Assembly (NCBI GenBank): GCA_030295235.1
Contig: AP026146.1
Coordinates: 558,001-622,000, forward strand
Direction of reading: 5' to 3'
Length of the DNA stretch: 64,000 nt
Source: Fistulifera solaris
Taxonomy: Eukaryota
Made by a program: the position numbers and the translations under genes. The notes under the pieces were generated by a model. It saw only the letters and a list, made by a program, of their open reading frames with translations, searched no databases and was not told the DNA's origin. Shown here piece by piece: positions 36,171 through 47,897 of the stretch (positions are counted from its first letter, which is position 1; each line of letters opens with the position of its first letter).

Positions 36171-37085
36171 GATGATGTTAAAAGGTGTAGTGTAATGATG
36201 AGGGGAATTGTGACAGTGATGATGATGTGCGAAGTGGAAGATGGAGCTTAGGAGGAGGTCCGCGGCATGTAATCGAAGATAATGCAATCAAAATGGATAT
36301 CAAGAGCCGCCAATTCGTAGGTACGAACTGGGTATGAGCAAGGAAAGAGGAGCAACCAAAGTGACCGGGACATCAAATGTGAACACGTCAACGCAGAAAG
36401 CGAGCACAGGCACTGCTATCTACTATCTCTCTCGCAGCCGGCACCAAAGATCAATAGTGCCGACCCTAACCCAAAGACCCCTTTAATGCTGTCTTTCACG
36501 GTCAACTTTGTCGTGATGCTGAAAGTCTTCCACGAAATGGCCACACAGCTTATGTAAGCAACACGAGAAGGTTGATTGTAATCGGTTCTATCCGTAAGCA
36601 ACGTTCAGGCAACCAACTTAAACAGCTGGACCTGGACGGCATTTTCTTTTCGTCGGTCCGTGAGTTTTTGGCGCGACGTGGGGTCAGTATTGAGTCCCGG
36701 AGACTAATCGTTTCGTGAATACTAAATCCTGACCCTTACCGTACATTAGATAGCACCTTTCAGTCACCAACCTGACGAACAGTACCTGGTCATGATAATT
36801 GTTTGATACTCTAGAGGCTCCATTGTGAACTTAATAAATAAAAGCTGGGATAATAAAATAAAGAGAGAGCAAGATCTCAAGCAACGGCTTTTAAATCAAG
36901 GAGAGAAAAGGAGAGAGAACGAAGAAGCGAGGCTACTGCGTCAATAATCTTTTAAAGCTAGAACTGCTTGCTTTATCTTTGTTCTTCGATTAAGATGTTC
37001 ACTTGTTAGGAAAATTTCGAATGTTATAAGTTATTGTTTCCTAGCTGCATGGCTCTCATTACAAGATATCTGCCTGACAACGTCC

Positions 37086-37481
37086 CTAAGGGAATGCGTC
37101 ATGCTGAGGAAGCTCAGGGAACATCACATCTTGATCTCCCTTATCTGCGACAAAGATATGGCAAGTAGGCTTGACCGTGGGTCCTCCCTCTAAGGCTCCC
37201 AAAGGAGCAACCTTACCCGAGGGAAGGATCTTGTAGCAGAACGATCCGCACTTCGCGCAAGAATTACGAATCACGCCGGAACCAGGGGTCTTTTCGAACC
37301 CGATAAGATCATCTCCTCCCTTGACGATCTCTACATCGGACCAGACACCGAGTTGCATCGCTGCACCGGTCTGCTTGCGACAGGATTGGCAGTGACACCA
37401 ACAGGCCAAGGCAGGGTCACCGATCACTTTGGCTTCGAACGCGCCGCACATGCAGCTCCAAGTACGAGTCACTTCCGTCAT
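37086..37481 (-). CDS. GFA / CENP-V (Mss4-like zinc-binding) family protein
   Basis: SCMCG, CWCHCQSCRKQTGA, R.SCAKCGS, P.CHIFV. Confidence 0.88.
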   Translation of the reverse strand: MTEVTRTWSCMCGAFEAKVIGDPALACWCHCQSCRKQTGAAMQLGVWSDVEIVKGGDDLIGFEKTPGSGVIRNSCAKCGSFCYKILPSGKVAPLGALEGGPTVKPTCHIFVADKGDQDVMFPELPQHDAFP

Positions 37482-38200
37482 ATTAAAGAGATTCGTATCG
37501 TTACGAGGGATAAAGCTGATCTCAGTGGTAGTTTTCACAAACACAAAACAGAAGCTCTTGTGTCCATATAACAAACTGTTCGAATCTGTTCGGGTTGTTC
37601 GTCGAGCGAAGAACGATGATCGCGTACAGTACCGCGAAATTGAAGGTGCGCCAGGGTAAAGTGTATACGCACAATGTGTAGCCGTAGTCCATCAAACGAT
37701 CTTCTTGCTATGATGGCAAAAGTGCGAAATGTGGATGTTGATGTGGATGTGGAGTCACAAAATTATTTTTACTCCGGGGTACTTGTACCTGGTACCGTGT
37801 AATCTTTTTAAGTCTGTAACGGTACTGGATCGGCATCAAGACCTTTGCCATCAAGACCTTTGCCATCATCACCACTCATGACTCGTGGCGTTCAACTGGC
37901 GACCATGTCTAAACCACGTTAGTGATGAGATTGAACGAAAAGGGATTTAGTCTATGCAATCTGAAGGTTAGGAATGAACAAAAATTAAGGCTAGGATCTA
38001 ATTTTCTTCTTTCTTGTGGTGCGCTTTCAGAGAACTGGTATATGAAAACTAACTCTAGAAACAGCTGTTTCTTTACCTCTGCCCCTTCGTCTTTTCCAAC
38101 CATTCATTCATTTCGCTAGAGTTTGAACAATTTCTCGCGTTGGGCACCTGTGCGAATAAACAGCGAGAAGTATTTTTCAGCCAGTAGTCTGAACTATTTA

Positions 38201-38887
38201 TTATAACTTCTGATCATCACTCTTCTGCATTAATCGCGTCCAAAACTGCAACAGCTCATCAATATTTGCTCCTAGTAAAGTCCCACATCCACCCCAAACC
38301 AGTCGATCTGGCACATCCCATATGTCATCTCCCACATATTTGATGAATTGGAATCCCGCATGACGGTAATACCGTACCAATCGCTTGTGCTGCTTCTCTT
38401 CATCATCTATTGCCAAAAATTCGGCCTTCTTACAGCCATTTTCTTGTCCATGCAACAAGCACAAGTATCCCATCAGCAATCCGACTCCCAACGAAACTCC
38501 ACCACCCGTAAAGGCCGGATTTTCGGCCCGCGCTCGTTGTACCATGGGACGAAAAACTTCCATTTTATCCAAATGCAATAATGGTGAGGGACGCAAAATA
38601 CCTTCCACGTATCCCAGTACTTGTGTAGTATTGTGTTGCGACCGCGCGATGCAACGGTAAGCGGGGCCGAGAGTCGTAAACGTCAATACAATCCCTTGTC
38701 GTTGCGCATAATCTTCCAGCTGTTGTCGATTCCATGCGGTTTTGGTTGACTGAGATGCCGGAAAGGATGATGCTGATCGGTGCGGCTGGGCCGTAGAAGA
38801 ATGATGTATCAGGAAACTGTTGCCAGGCAACAAAATACATCCGTAAAGTACGCCGATTCGCATTAACCAAAATAATGGACCTTTCAT
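38201..38887 (-). CDS. Conserved plastid-type protein with GNAT-like features
   Basis: Presequence ending NS-F; LHLDKMEV, AEFLAIDDEEKQHKRLVRYYRHAGF, PDRLVWGGCGTL resemble an uncharacterised family of photosynthetic organisms. Confidence 0.6.
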   Translation of the reverse strand: MKGPLFWLMRIGVLYGCILLPGNSFLIHHSSTAQPHRSASSFPASQSTKTAWNRQQLEDYAQRQGIVLTFTTLGPAYRCIARSQHNTTQVLGYVEGILRPSPLLHLDKMEVFRPMVQRARAENPAFTGGGVSLGVGLLMGYLCLLHGQENGCKKAEFLAIDDEEKQHKRLVRYYRHAGFQFIKYVGDDIWDVPDRLVWGGCGTLLGANIDELLQFWTRLMQKSDDQKL

Positions 38888-39024
38888 TCTGAAACAACTA
38901 AAATAGGCTTTTAAATAGAAAGAAAAATGAAGATGAACAAATGGATTCAACGGAACCAGTATATCATCAAATCATCTAGATCATTCTTCCCATGGTTTTA
39001 TGGATGGTTGCCGAGTGCCGAGTG

Positions 39025-39219
39025 CCCAGAAAATCTGGGCGGCTAGTGTTTGACGTACTACGTACCCACATAATCTGGGCGGCTACCAGTAGTGTTTGAC
39101 GTTCCCAGAAAATCTGGGGGCTAGTGTTTTCACGTTCCCACATATTCTGGGCGGCTAGTGTTTGACGTACCCAGAAAATCTGGGCGGCTAGTGTTTTGAC
39201 AAACGCAGAAAATTTGGGC
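39025..39219. repeat. Minisatellite of 33-40-bp units (5 full + 1 partial) with palindromic core
   Basis: Units start at 39025, 39065, 39104, 39137, 39170, 39204; consensus CCCASAWAWTCTGGGCGGCTAGTGTTTGACGT. Confidence 0.92.
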
Positions 39220-39259
39220 TTGGTTTCATTTGTGGTAAACATACACCGCTTGCAATCGA

Positions 39260-40198
39260 ATGCATAATGTACACACAATAATGCCATGCATTCATGTGAT
39301 TGTTCTTGAACCGTGGCTTTTACTGTGCCTCTTCGGACTGCTGCAACTACACTTGACGGCCGTCGATTCTCTTTCCTTGGTGATGACGACTGCTACGACC
39401 ATTCTCTCGCGTCCAAAAGCGGCGACAGTCATTGATGAAATCCTTTTTCCTCAACAAGAATACGGTCAACGTATTGCACTGGGGCGTCGTGCACAAGGAA
39501 TATCTGCGGATCACAACGACGGATCATTACTACAAGCAAAGGATGAACGCTTGTATCAAACGTACGGAGAGTTTCCTCTCTCCAGTTTAGACTATTTGCT
39601 CGATCGTGCTTTGTCCGTCAGTACTGGTAAAAGACTATCCGACATCCAAAACGATGGATTGAATGTAGTTGACTTGGGGTCAGGATGTGGACGGTTGGTG
39701 TATTATTTGGGATTATCACGGCCCAACTGGATCGTTCACGGTATTGAGATGTCGCCCTTGTTGCATGAAGAAGCTCTCGTCGCACAAGATCGAGCTCTAT
39801 CGTGCGGTTTACTGAGGTCATTCTCGTCACCTAGTCCTGTTTCGACTCCTTCCGGTCGAATATCCTTTTATCAAGGAAAGGCGGACAAATGGAGTGTTGT
39901 CTTAGAGAAAGCCGATATTGTCTTTGCGTACTCGACCGCGTGGGAGTGTCAAGGATTGTCACCCGAAACGGGGACCATGATTCTCAGTGACGAATGGAAT
40001 CAGTTGTTCACTGAGTATTGTTCTGAAGCAATAGTCATTACCACGGATCGGAGTTTGAATGCGAACGAGTGGACCATTATTGATCGGTTGGAAGTTCCTA
40101 ATCCTGAAGTATGGAACAGTATGGGCTATTTGCAAGTGCATCGAAACGAAAACTTAGACACCATGCAGAAACGACTCCCCCTTCATAACAATTTGTAA
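39260..40198 (+). CDS. Class I SAM-dependent methyltransferase (DOT1-like motif arrangement) with N-terminal signal
   Basis: TYGEF, VVDLGSGCGRLV, GIE, ADIVFAYST. Confidence 0.75.
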   Translation: MHNVHTIMPCIHVIVLEPWLLLCLFGLLQLHLTAVDSLSLVMTTATTILSRPKAATVIDEILFPQQEYGQRIALGRRAQGISADHNDGSLLQAKDERLYQTYGEFPLSSLDYLLDRALSVSTGKRLSDIQNDGLNVVDLGSGCGRLVYYLGLSRPNWIVHGIEMSPLLHEEALVAQDRALSCGLLRSFSSPSPVSTPSGRISFYQGKADKWSVVLEKADIVFAYSTAWECQGLSPETGTMILSDEWNQLFTEYCSEAIVITTDRSLNANEWTIIDRLEVPNPEVWNSMGYLQVHRNENLDTMQKRLPLHNNL

Positions 40199-40233
40199 TA
40201 ATAGAATTGCTTTAGCTAAATTTGAATTATGAT

Positions 40234-41531
40234 TCATGACGAAACAGTGTCAACCTTGGAGTATTCAGCTTCCACGAGTGCCAAATAATGATCGACTCGC
40301 CCCACAAAAGCCATGGCCGCCGGTATCGACCGATTGATTAAATTGACATTTTTATTGTCTTTGAATTTGTGCATGCTCGCGTGTGTCGCGGACTTCCAGA
40401 AGCGTCCCAGAAAGAAGCGGAAATAGTCTACCACCGCAAATTGGTACTGCTGCCACACCACATCCCACGAATAGGCCGGTGTATGCGATGCATCGAGATG
40501 ATCTTGTACCGTTCTCCAATAATACCGCACTAATTCTATTTCACTGGTGTCTAAATCTGTCGGCACCAAACAATGATGTAGGTGCATCGCCACATCGGTC
40601 ACACCCAATCCAATGCCAACCGATGCAAAATCCACCAACACGGCCGCTTTTGTCGTATCGCTATTCTGCGGCAAAAGACATTCATCGATTTGTAGTCCCC
40701 GTGACATAGGGTGGCAAAGGGACTGTTCGGTGTCACGGACAATTGATCCGAGACGTGTTGGGCGACGGCCTGCACGCGGCGTCCTAAATGCGTGCGACTC
40801 CACGAAAATGCCTTCAATTCCTCCGCAAATTCGTGCGCAAAATGATCCCATGCCGCTACTATGTTTTTAAGTTCCCTGGGGTTCCGCATACTCAAATGAA
40901 AACTGGAACGTGACAATTGTGTGGCGGCCTTTTGCAAGAGTTGCACATTTTGCCAAGCCGCCGCGTGCAATTGTGCCACCGCTTGGAGTGACAAGTGACA
41001 TTGCGATACCGTCAGGGGTGAATCTTGAAAGTAGTGGGTGTCACTTAAATATTCTAATATTAGCGTCCCGTGCTGTTGGTGAGGATTGGGCAATTGCTCT
41101 GGATAAAGTTGCATCATGCGTTCATCGGCTGGTTGGAAGCCATCTTCTTCTTCGGGAATCCATTCGCTGAGTTGATACTCGGCCATATAAACCTTGGGAA
41201 ACAAAGAAGGAGGACCGCATTGTGACGCAAATTGTCGATAGAACCGGGCTTCGGTGCGTGCATATAACAAAGTACGTCTCATATCCGGCCAATCGGATTT
41301 CGTCGAAAGATAACGGGCCGCCTCGACACGTTTAACAAAGTAGCAATGACTGCCATCATGCTTCGTTTCATCACTGGGACTAATTTGTACGATATAACCA
41401 ATCGCACTGGCTTGTTCAATCGTTTTGATTATCTGTAAAGAGTTTATAGTGACGTCGGGGAGCGCCTTTTTGACTAGAAGCAATAATTGTTGTTCAATTG
41501 ATTCTGCGCTCGTCGTTGTCTTCATGCTCAA
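40234..41531 (-). CDS. Ecdysteroid-kinase-like / APH-choline kinase fold protein
   Basis: FVKR, EARFY, AVAQLHA, TLCHGDYKSMNVF, LVDFASVG.G.GVTDVA; frameshift at the A run near 40674. Confidence 0.8.
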
Positions 41532-42114
41532 CGAAATTGGTTTCCCTCTTGCTTATAAATGGTTAGTTGAAGGAAAGAAAGTACAAAGAAACGATAACAA
41601 CTGTGTCACTTTGCGATATAATGCGATGTTACTATCTCGAAACCAAAGATCGTGAGTCAACACAATTATCAGTCGCGAAAATGGTCGCCTAGACTCTGTA
41701 GTTGAGTGAACTCTGTTGGGTGTTGGGACGCATAGGGACAAGAATCATCGACATTCAAATACCGCCAGGTAATAAAGAATTTCATTTCAGATGTGTTGAT
41801 ATTTATCATGTTCACAACGGAAATCGACTTTTTGAGACCCAGTGATAATCGAAAAACTCGTCCATGACTCAGGACGAATTCAGTCACGGCGAAAAACAGA
41901 CAACACATTGGAACTATAGTAATATCGGAGGTGCGCGCCAACGTACGTTTTCTACCGTTATTGTTACGAGCATACCTGGTAGGCGGGATGTGAATTTCGA
42001 TTGCTGCGCATTATTTAATTGCATTTGCAGTGTTGTTTATACTCCGTAAAAATTATTATTATTGCATCTTCATCCATTTTTCTATCATTAAAGAAAACGT
42101 TTCTTTTAAAAGAA

Positions 42115-43224
42115 ATGGAGTCGGAAACAAATCTCGAAGACGCAAGCGCAGAGCAAGAACAACTCGAAGTCGCCGAAGCTACGTCCCACCCGGTGTCACC
42201 TCAGCCAACGCCAAATGACAATGATCCCAAATCAGTCAATAGTAATCAAAGCAATACAAGCGAAAACCCCAAGAAGAGATCAGCTGAGACGGATCTACTA
42301 CTAGAATGTGACGAGAAAATGCCCAAACTGCAAACGTTTTCGCGCTTTCGACCCCGTCACCAGCTACCGCACCAAATCATTGCCTTGGCCTATACCACCT
42401 TGATGAAAGGCGATTTCACCAGCGCGACGCAATCCCAAAGTCAAATGCTGCACCACAACCCTTCGCTCAGTAAAACACTCCGAATGTTGTTGCCGTGGAA
42501 ACAAAGTAGTGACAGAGAACAAGCCGAAGCAGTCAGTAAAAGTGCAATTGATGGTCGAAATCTGATTGAAGCAGACAAGAAGAGAGAAGTCCTGTTACAG
42601 AAGATTCGGAAGATCCCCGAAGTTCTCCGAATGGAATCATTTGGCTTTCCCATTGACATATTGGTCGACCCGGGCATTCCCTTGTCCTACGATTGGTCGA
42701 TTCCGATGGGATTGGGCCGCACGACAGGAAGTGCGGCCTTTAATCGGTGTTTGTTGCAAGTCGCTGCCTTGTACCCTGAATATCTAGACACTGTGCCGCA
42801 ACTCTCTTCCGAAGACTATTGCTGGGCTGTGCAACACGAGTGTGACAAAAGCACGACAGCAAACGTAATAGCGCCGCCCATCGATGATGTGACAAGCGAT
42901 TTGTATCAACGATCCAAAAAGATCGACGCGTCCAAGACTTCGATGATTCAAATGAAGAGTGCAAAGCAAATGAACGAAATGCTTGGACAATTTCAGGCGC
43001 GAGCTGCTGCGTTAAGAATACGGCAATGTCATTTGAAGGATTATGAAAAAGGTCCACCGAAGCTGACGACTACGCCGAATATTGTATCGGAATCTGTCTC
43101 CGAACCGAAACAGCAACCAGCGCCCTCTTTGCTGTGGAATACAGAAACATTTTCGTCTTTGTTAGTTCAACAAGGATACGATGATCCTCTTGCGTTTAGT
43201 TCTCCCTACGATACGTTGTACTAG
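42115..43224 (+). CDS. Hypothetical protein (~369 aa)
   Basis: Long intact ORF, ATG at 42115; no recognised domain. Confidence 0.65.
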   Translation: MESETNLEDASAEQEQLEVAEATSHPVSPQPTPNDNDPKSVNSNQSNTSENPKKRSAETDLLLECDEKMPKLQTFSRFRPRHQLPHQIIALAYTTLMKGDFTSATQSQSQMLHHNPSLSKTLRMLLPWKQSSDREQAEAVSKSAIDGRNLIEADKKREVLLQKIRKIPEVLRMESFGFPIDILVDPGIPLSYDWSIPMGLGRTTGSAAFNRCLLQVAALYPEYLDTVPQLSSEDYCWAVQHECDKSTTANVIAPPIDDVTSDLYQRSKKIDASKTSMIQMKSAKQMNEMLGQFQARAAALRIRQCHLKDYEKGPPKLTTTPNIVSESVSEPKQQPAPSLLWNTETFSSLLVQQGYDDPLAFSSPYDTLY

Positions 43225-43313
43225 AGATCAAGTTACATGAACGTCATCCTACGAAATGCAACTGATATACTACGAAAAACAAAAATGTAAACATGGATCC
43301 ATTCCTTGGCATT

Positions 43314-44003
43314 TCAATGCCGAGTGCGATGATTTGCATAATGTTGCAGGATGGAGCTAGAGGCTAGGGCAGGATCTTCGTCGCTATCCTTTGCGGTAGC
43401 CTCATATTCCGCTTCTACTTCCTTGGCTTTTTCCTTGGCTTTCTTCTTCATGAGGTTTAACATGTTGAGAAAACCGTTACTGCGACCGGGGGCCACGGTT
43501 GCGGCAATGCCAGTTGATTTAATAAACGCTGGATCCACGTTCTGGATAGCGTCGACTGTGTTATTCGACAATCCACGAATCAACAAAGCCGCCAATCCCT
43601 TGGTCAGTAAACCATCTGAGTCTCCTACAAATTCAATATAGACTTGACCATCTCCTTTGTCAACAGCTGTAGCATCAACATGTACGGTGCTCAAGCAACC
43701 AGGCACTCTGTTTTCTGCGGTGAGCTGCGTGGGTTCAAGGGGAGTCAGTTTTGTGGCCATATGTAGGAGTTGCCTGGATCGGACTCGATCGTCTTTGACA
43801 GATGCAAAGGCGTTTGCTATTTTGAGTAGCTCTGGTGTTAATCGCATTGGATTCTCTTCTTCAATATCGTCAAGCTGCGAAGAAGAAAGAGCAGCGAAAG
43901 ATTGCCGGCAAGACATCGAGCGTGCTCCCATAAACACTGAACGTAATGCGTCGGTGGTGCATACCGTACAGAGAGCCACTATTACGAAGAGGGGAAAGTA
44001 CAT
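43314..44003 (-). CDS. sufE: SufE (Fe-S assembly sulfur acceptor) paralog, plastid-type presequence, no BolA domain
   Basis: ENRVPGCLSTVHV (acceptor Cys), FVGDSDGLLTKGLAALL, GRSNGFLNML. Confidence 0.9.
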   Translation of the reverse strand: MYFPLFVIVALCTVCTTDALRSVFMGARSMSCRQSFAALSSSQLDDIEEENPMRLTPELLKIANAFASVKDDRVRSRQLLHMATKLTPLEPTQLTAENRVPGCLSTVHVDATAVDKGDGQVYIEFVGDSDGLLTKGLAALLIRGLSNNTVDAIQNVDPAFIKSTGIAATVAPGRSNGFLNMLNLMKKKAKEKAKEVEAEYEATAKDSDEDPALASSSILQHYANHRTRH

Positions 44004-44429
44004 GAGAGATGAATGCAAAAACCTGATTTTGTTCACAGAGTTGTCTTTTGTTGAAGCCGAGGCAGTAATTTATAAGTTTGCGGGGCGTTTGCGAATTCGA
44101 AGTTTTATTCACGTCATGATGACACGTTTTTGATTCCTGTGTCCTGCATCCCCGTTTAGCCTAAAAACGCTTTCTACTCTTCCCTAGCTACTGGATATTG
44201 AAGTATGAAATAATCAGAATGTAAGCAAACTACCAACGTATCGAACGTCCTATTCGCTCCAAGCTCTGACGAAAAAGATAATCTAGGGAAAACATAAAAC
44301 GGCTGAACTGAAGTTCAGTGTGCTTTTACCCTGGTTGAACGGCCGCCATCGCTGATTGCGTCGACGTGCTACTGGCGCTTCTATCATAATGTAACGCATT
44401 ATGAATGTGAAAGTAAAGTCTTCTTTTCA

Positions 44430-44772
44430 TGTGCACAGGATGACAGGACCATGATTATAGCTACCTTTCGGAGACTTTTGTCTCACCGTGCAAAGTTATC
44501 AACGTAATTGTGACGAAAGAAGGACGGGGAACAATTGGCGCCGCCCATCGATGATGTCACACGCGATGTGTATTTACAATCGAGACAGAGCGACGCGTTT
44601 GATCTTTTATAAATCAAATAGACCTGTTCTCATGTGCGTCGGTTTCTATCACCGAACCGAAACCGCATAACTTCGTTGCTTACTTAGCAAGGATTCGATG
44701 TTCCTCGTGGGTGAAGTGGCCTTGTGATGCAGGCAAGTTGATTCGAAATGTGCTACTCATTAGATCAAGTTG
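44430..44772 (+). pseudogene. Decayed duplicate of the 3' part of the 42115-43224 gene
   Basis: Colinear matches: GCGCCGCCCATCGATGATGT (42871 vs 44538), CCGAACCGAAA, CAAGGAT.CGATG.TCCTC, AGATCAAGTT. Confidence 0.75.
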
Positions 44773-44850
44773 CGATCGGCATACTACATCCAAACACGTC
44801 GAACTTCGGGTTTCTACTTCATATAGCAACGTCAGTGACGCTGGCACCGT

Positions 44851-45417
44851 TTAATCTTGAGTGTGGTGGGCTTCGGAACGCGGGAGAAAGGAACACTGAT
44901 CGGGCAAACGATTCGGATCCTCTGTCATTTCAAATGATTCAAATTTCGCTTCCAACTTTTTTGCTTTACGCTTCATGACATTCACCATATTGAGAAGGCC
45001 ATTTCCGCCACGGGAGTCAAAGAAGCTTTGTTGTAAATCTTTTGAATGAAAACGGGATCGACATTTTAGATATCGTCGCCGTGTCTCCCAACAATCCGCG
45101 CACCAGCAAGACCACCATGCCCTTGCTCATCGAGGCGTGGCTTTCTCCGACAAAGTGGATTGCAGTTGCGTCTACGTAAATTGCACCAATACATCTCGGG
45201 TCTTAATTTTCGTCTGTGACTCTGATAGGATCCATCGGCATCAATGTTTAGCCATGTACCAAAGCTATTGGTGACGGAGCTATCATCGTTGATGGAGTAT
45301 CTTGAGCAGCTAAGGTGTGAAGCGCATTGGGTATCCGGTTTTATCGCTTTCTCGTTTCAAACACAAAAGTTGGATTTGCATGGCAAACTTAGAGAGGAGA
45401 AGCCAACTGCATGGCTT
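44851..45417 (-). pseudogene. SufE pseudogene
   Basis: Recognisable YPMRFTP*LLK, FVGES, VLLVRGLLG, DI*NVDPVFIQKI, GLLNMVNVMKRKAKKLEA, with in-frame stops and deletions outside homopolymers. Confidence 0.85.
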
Positions 45418-46048
45418 TTGAATATCCCGCAGCAAGGATCGCCGCAAATAGAACTTTGAAAACGAGTGTATGAACATTTGACATCTGTTCGAATGACAAA
45501 AAGAAGATCGCCGCGAGCAGTGAAGTATTCTGGCGCTTCTCCAAACGTGAAACGAAGTTTGGCATAGCAATGAGCAAAGCAGTAAACCGTTGTTCTGCGT
45601 TCTGCGTTTTTCACGCACCGCCGCTCGCCGCTTAAGAAAGTAGTTAGCTGTGTCAGAGGTTGAGACTATAAGAGAGACCACTGCACGAGCGCTCGTTTCA
45701 CTTCTCCGCTTTCAACGAAAATTAAAGATAGAGAAGTTGAAGGCTTAAGTCTAAGAGTTTTCAAGCCGCGAAACTCAAATAAGTACCATGGACTGATTAC
45801 GAAAAAGTACGAAGACCGATTTTCAGTTGCGTCCAATCGCTAACAGTAACATCGCGGCCGCGACTTGTGAAATCCAACGCATGCACGAATGTCTTTAGAA
45901 AAAAGAAACACGGAAATACAATTGGAACTAATAAACAAAACTTCGTGCATGAAGCTTTTAGAAACAAAATTTGATGATGGCGCTGTATGCGTCTGCCGCT
46001 TAGGTAGATCTCCGATAGCCGGTATGTATCAGATGATAACATGACTCA

Positions 46049-46726
46049 TCATTCCACTTTAACCTGAGGAGTCTTCAGAACATTCATAGAATGCAGAAGG
46101 GCTTCAAACATAGCACCCTCTTCACCCGAAATTTCATCAGTCTTGCCGGATGCTAGATGGTTAGCTTCCAATTCCTTCGCTTTACTTTTCATGACGTTCA
46201 ACATGTTTAAGAAACCGTTGTTGCGTCCTGGCGTTAGGGACGCTTTGTAGCAGATTTTATAAATAAACGCTGGATCGACTTTCTGAATGTCGTCCGCTGT
46301 GTTCCCCGATAGACCACGAATCAACAACGCTGCCAGTCCTTTGGTCAAAACTCCATCAGAGTCCCCTACGAAATTGATGCGGATACTGCCATCTCCTTTG
46401 TCGATCACAGTTCCATCGACGTACACTGTGTTTGAGCAGCCAGGGACTTTATTTTGTGGAATGGCCTGGGATGGATGGATCGGCGTCAGCTTAGTTGCCA
46501 TGTAAGAGAGCTGCTTGAATCGAAGCTTCTCATCTCCAATAGATTCGAAGGCGTTGTAGATCTTGAGCAATTCTGGTGTCAGTCGCATCGGATTGTCTTG
46601 AGTTGCACTAGGGGTAATCGAAGAATGCAACGCCGAGCCCATTCTTTTGCGCAAAGGCGTTGCAGAGAAGGCATTGCTCGTTGAAAACGAGCAGAAGAGA
46701 AGTGTCATAAGTAAGAGAAAGCGCAT
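46049..46726 (-). CDS. sufE: SufE paralog with truncated/decayed BolA domain
   Basis: SNA-F presequence; VPGCSNTVYV, GDSDGVLTKGL, GRNNGFLNML. Stops after GAMFEALLHSMNVLKTPQVKVE (start of BolA). Downstream remnant DESCYH...FVHALDFTSR to ~45860. Confidence 0.88.
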   Translation of the reverse strand: MRFLLLMTLLFCSFSTSNAFSATPLRKRMGSALHSSITPSATQDNPMRLTPELLKIYNAFESIGDEKLRFKQLSYMATKLTPIHPSQAIPQNKVPGCSNTVYVDGTVIDKGDGSIRINFVGDSDGVLTKGLAALLIRGLSGNTADDIQKVDPAFIYKICYKASLTPGRNNGFLNMLNVMKSKAKELEANHLASGKTDEISGEEGAMFEALLHSMNVLKTPQVKVE

Positions 46727-47897
46727 TTTGGTGGAACGTATAAAAACTTTCTGACTGAAATTATGAGAGCTTCGAAAAAGCGAGAGACTTGCGAGCGCGG
46801 CAGGAGAGGCGAAGTTCCAAGTCAAAAACATGAAGTTTTGTTATTTAAAAGAGCAAAGATATTTTGAATTTTGAGACAGGGATCGGAAGAAGTTTACCCG
46901 AATTCTATCAAACTGGAACTTTTTCGGGTACTAGAGAGATTGTGTTACTTTTGTCCGTTGACAAACCAGGCCTAAATACCAAGTTACTCAATCACAGTTG
47001 TGATTACTGAAGTAGTTTCAAAATAGAGAAGTTATCGACTTTATCTTTTGTCAATTGTTTGTTGTCAGGGTTCTCGATTCTCCAATTTCCGCTCCCGCCC
47101 GCCGCTCGCAGACTTTAACGTGTAGGACATGGGACTCGCACATGACTCGTAATTAGTGATTGGTGACAGGGAAATTTACTTATCCCTTCATAAAATATGG
47201 CGTGGCGCATCGTATGCCCCCGTCTTTTAGGGCAATAATTAGCATCGTAGGGCAATGACATTTCATTCTGCCAACGCATGACTGGGCAGATGAACCAAGA
47301 ATCAAATGTTTCCCTGTTACCTGTTACTCCATAGAATTAAGAATCTCTTTCGGAGAGTTTAAATCAAAAGTTTCAAGTTTATAGAGAGGGTAGGGTGGTC
47401 ATATACCTTATGGTGCGTGGCTGGATCATAGATCTATGACTTAAACGCGTCTCCAGCGTCAACTCTCAATTGCCAGTATGCGGTACCGGTACCGAGACCG
47501 ATACCGCAATTATTTATTCTGCTTAAACCAAAGATCCGATCTCAAAATGCCCAGGCTTTAGATCTCAGAAGTCAGGGTATCAGAGTCTGGATTGGGGACG
47601 ATTTTGATTATCATCGTGGTTGAAAGTGATCAAATAATGAAACGAATGCTGCGGGAATACAGTAGTTGTGAGCGCCTTTACCAAGTGCGTGACTATTTCT
47701 TCGTGCAATTAAATTACTTGGATAACAAAACGGAACCACTTCTTTGTCAACAGCGGCTAGTAGCCAAAGATCATGTGCATTTATTGTTCTTGATAACAAA
47801 AACAGGTACCGGAGTCTGTTTTTGTCAAGCTGAACAACGTTGAATCAGTGTATGCTGAGGGTGGGTACGCCTACACTAGTCACTCTAAGCAGTACAT

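Noticed and set aside
37834..37868. 16-bp tandem duplication CATCAAGACCTTTGC(C)
   Set aside because: Ordinary slippage-type duplication with no further structure
39025..39219. CRISPR-like array (palindromic repeats at ~35-bp period)
   Set aside because: Sequences between the palindromes are near-identical rather than unique spacers; no cas genes; eukaryotic context
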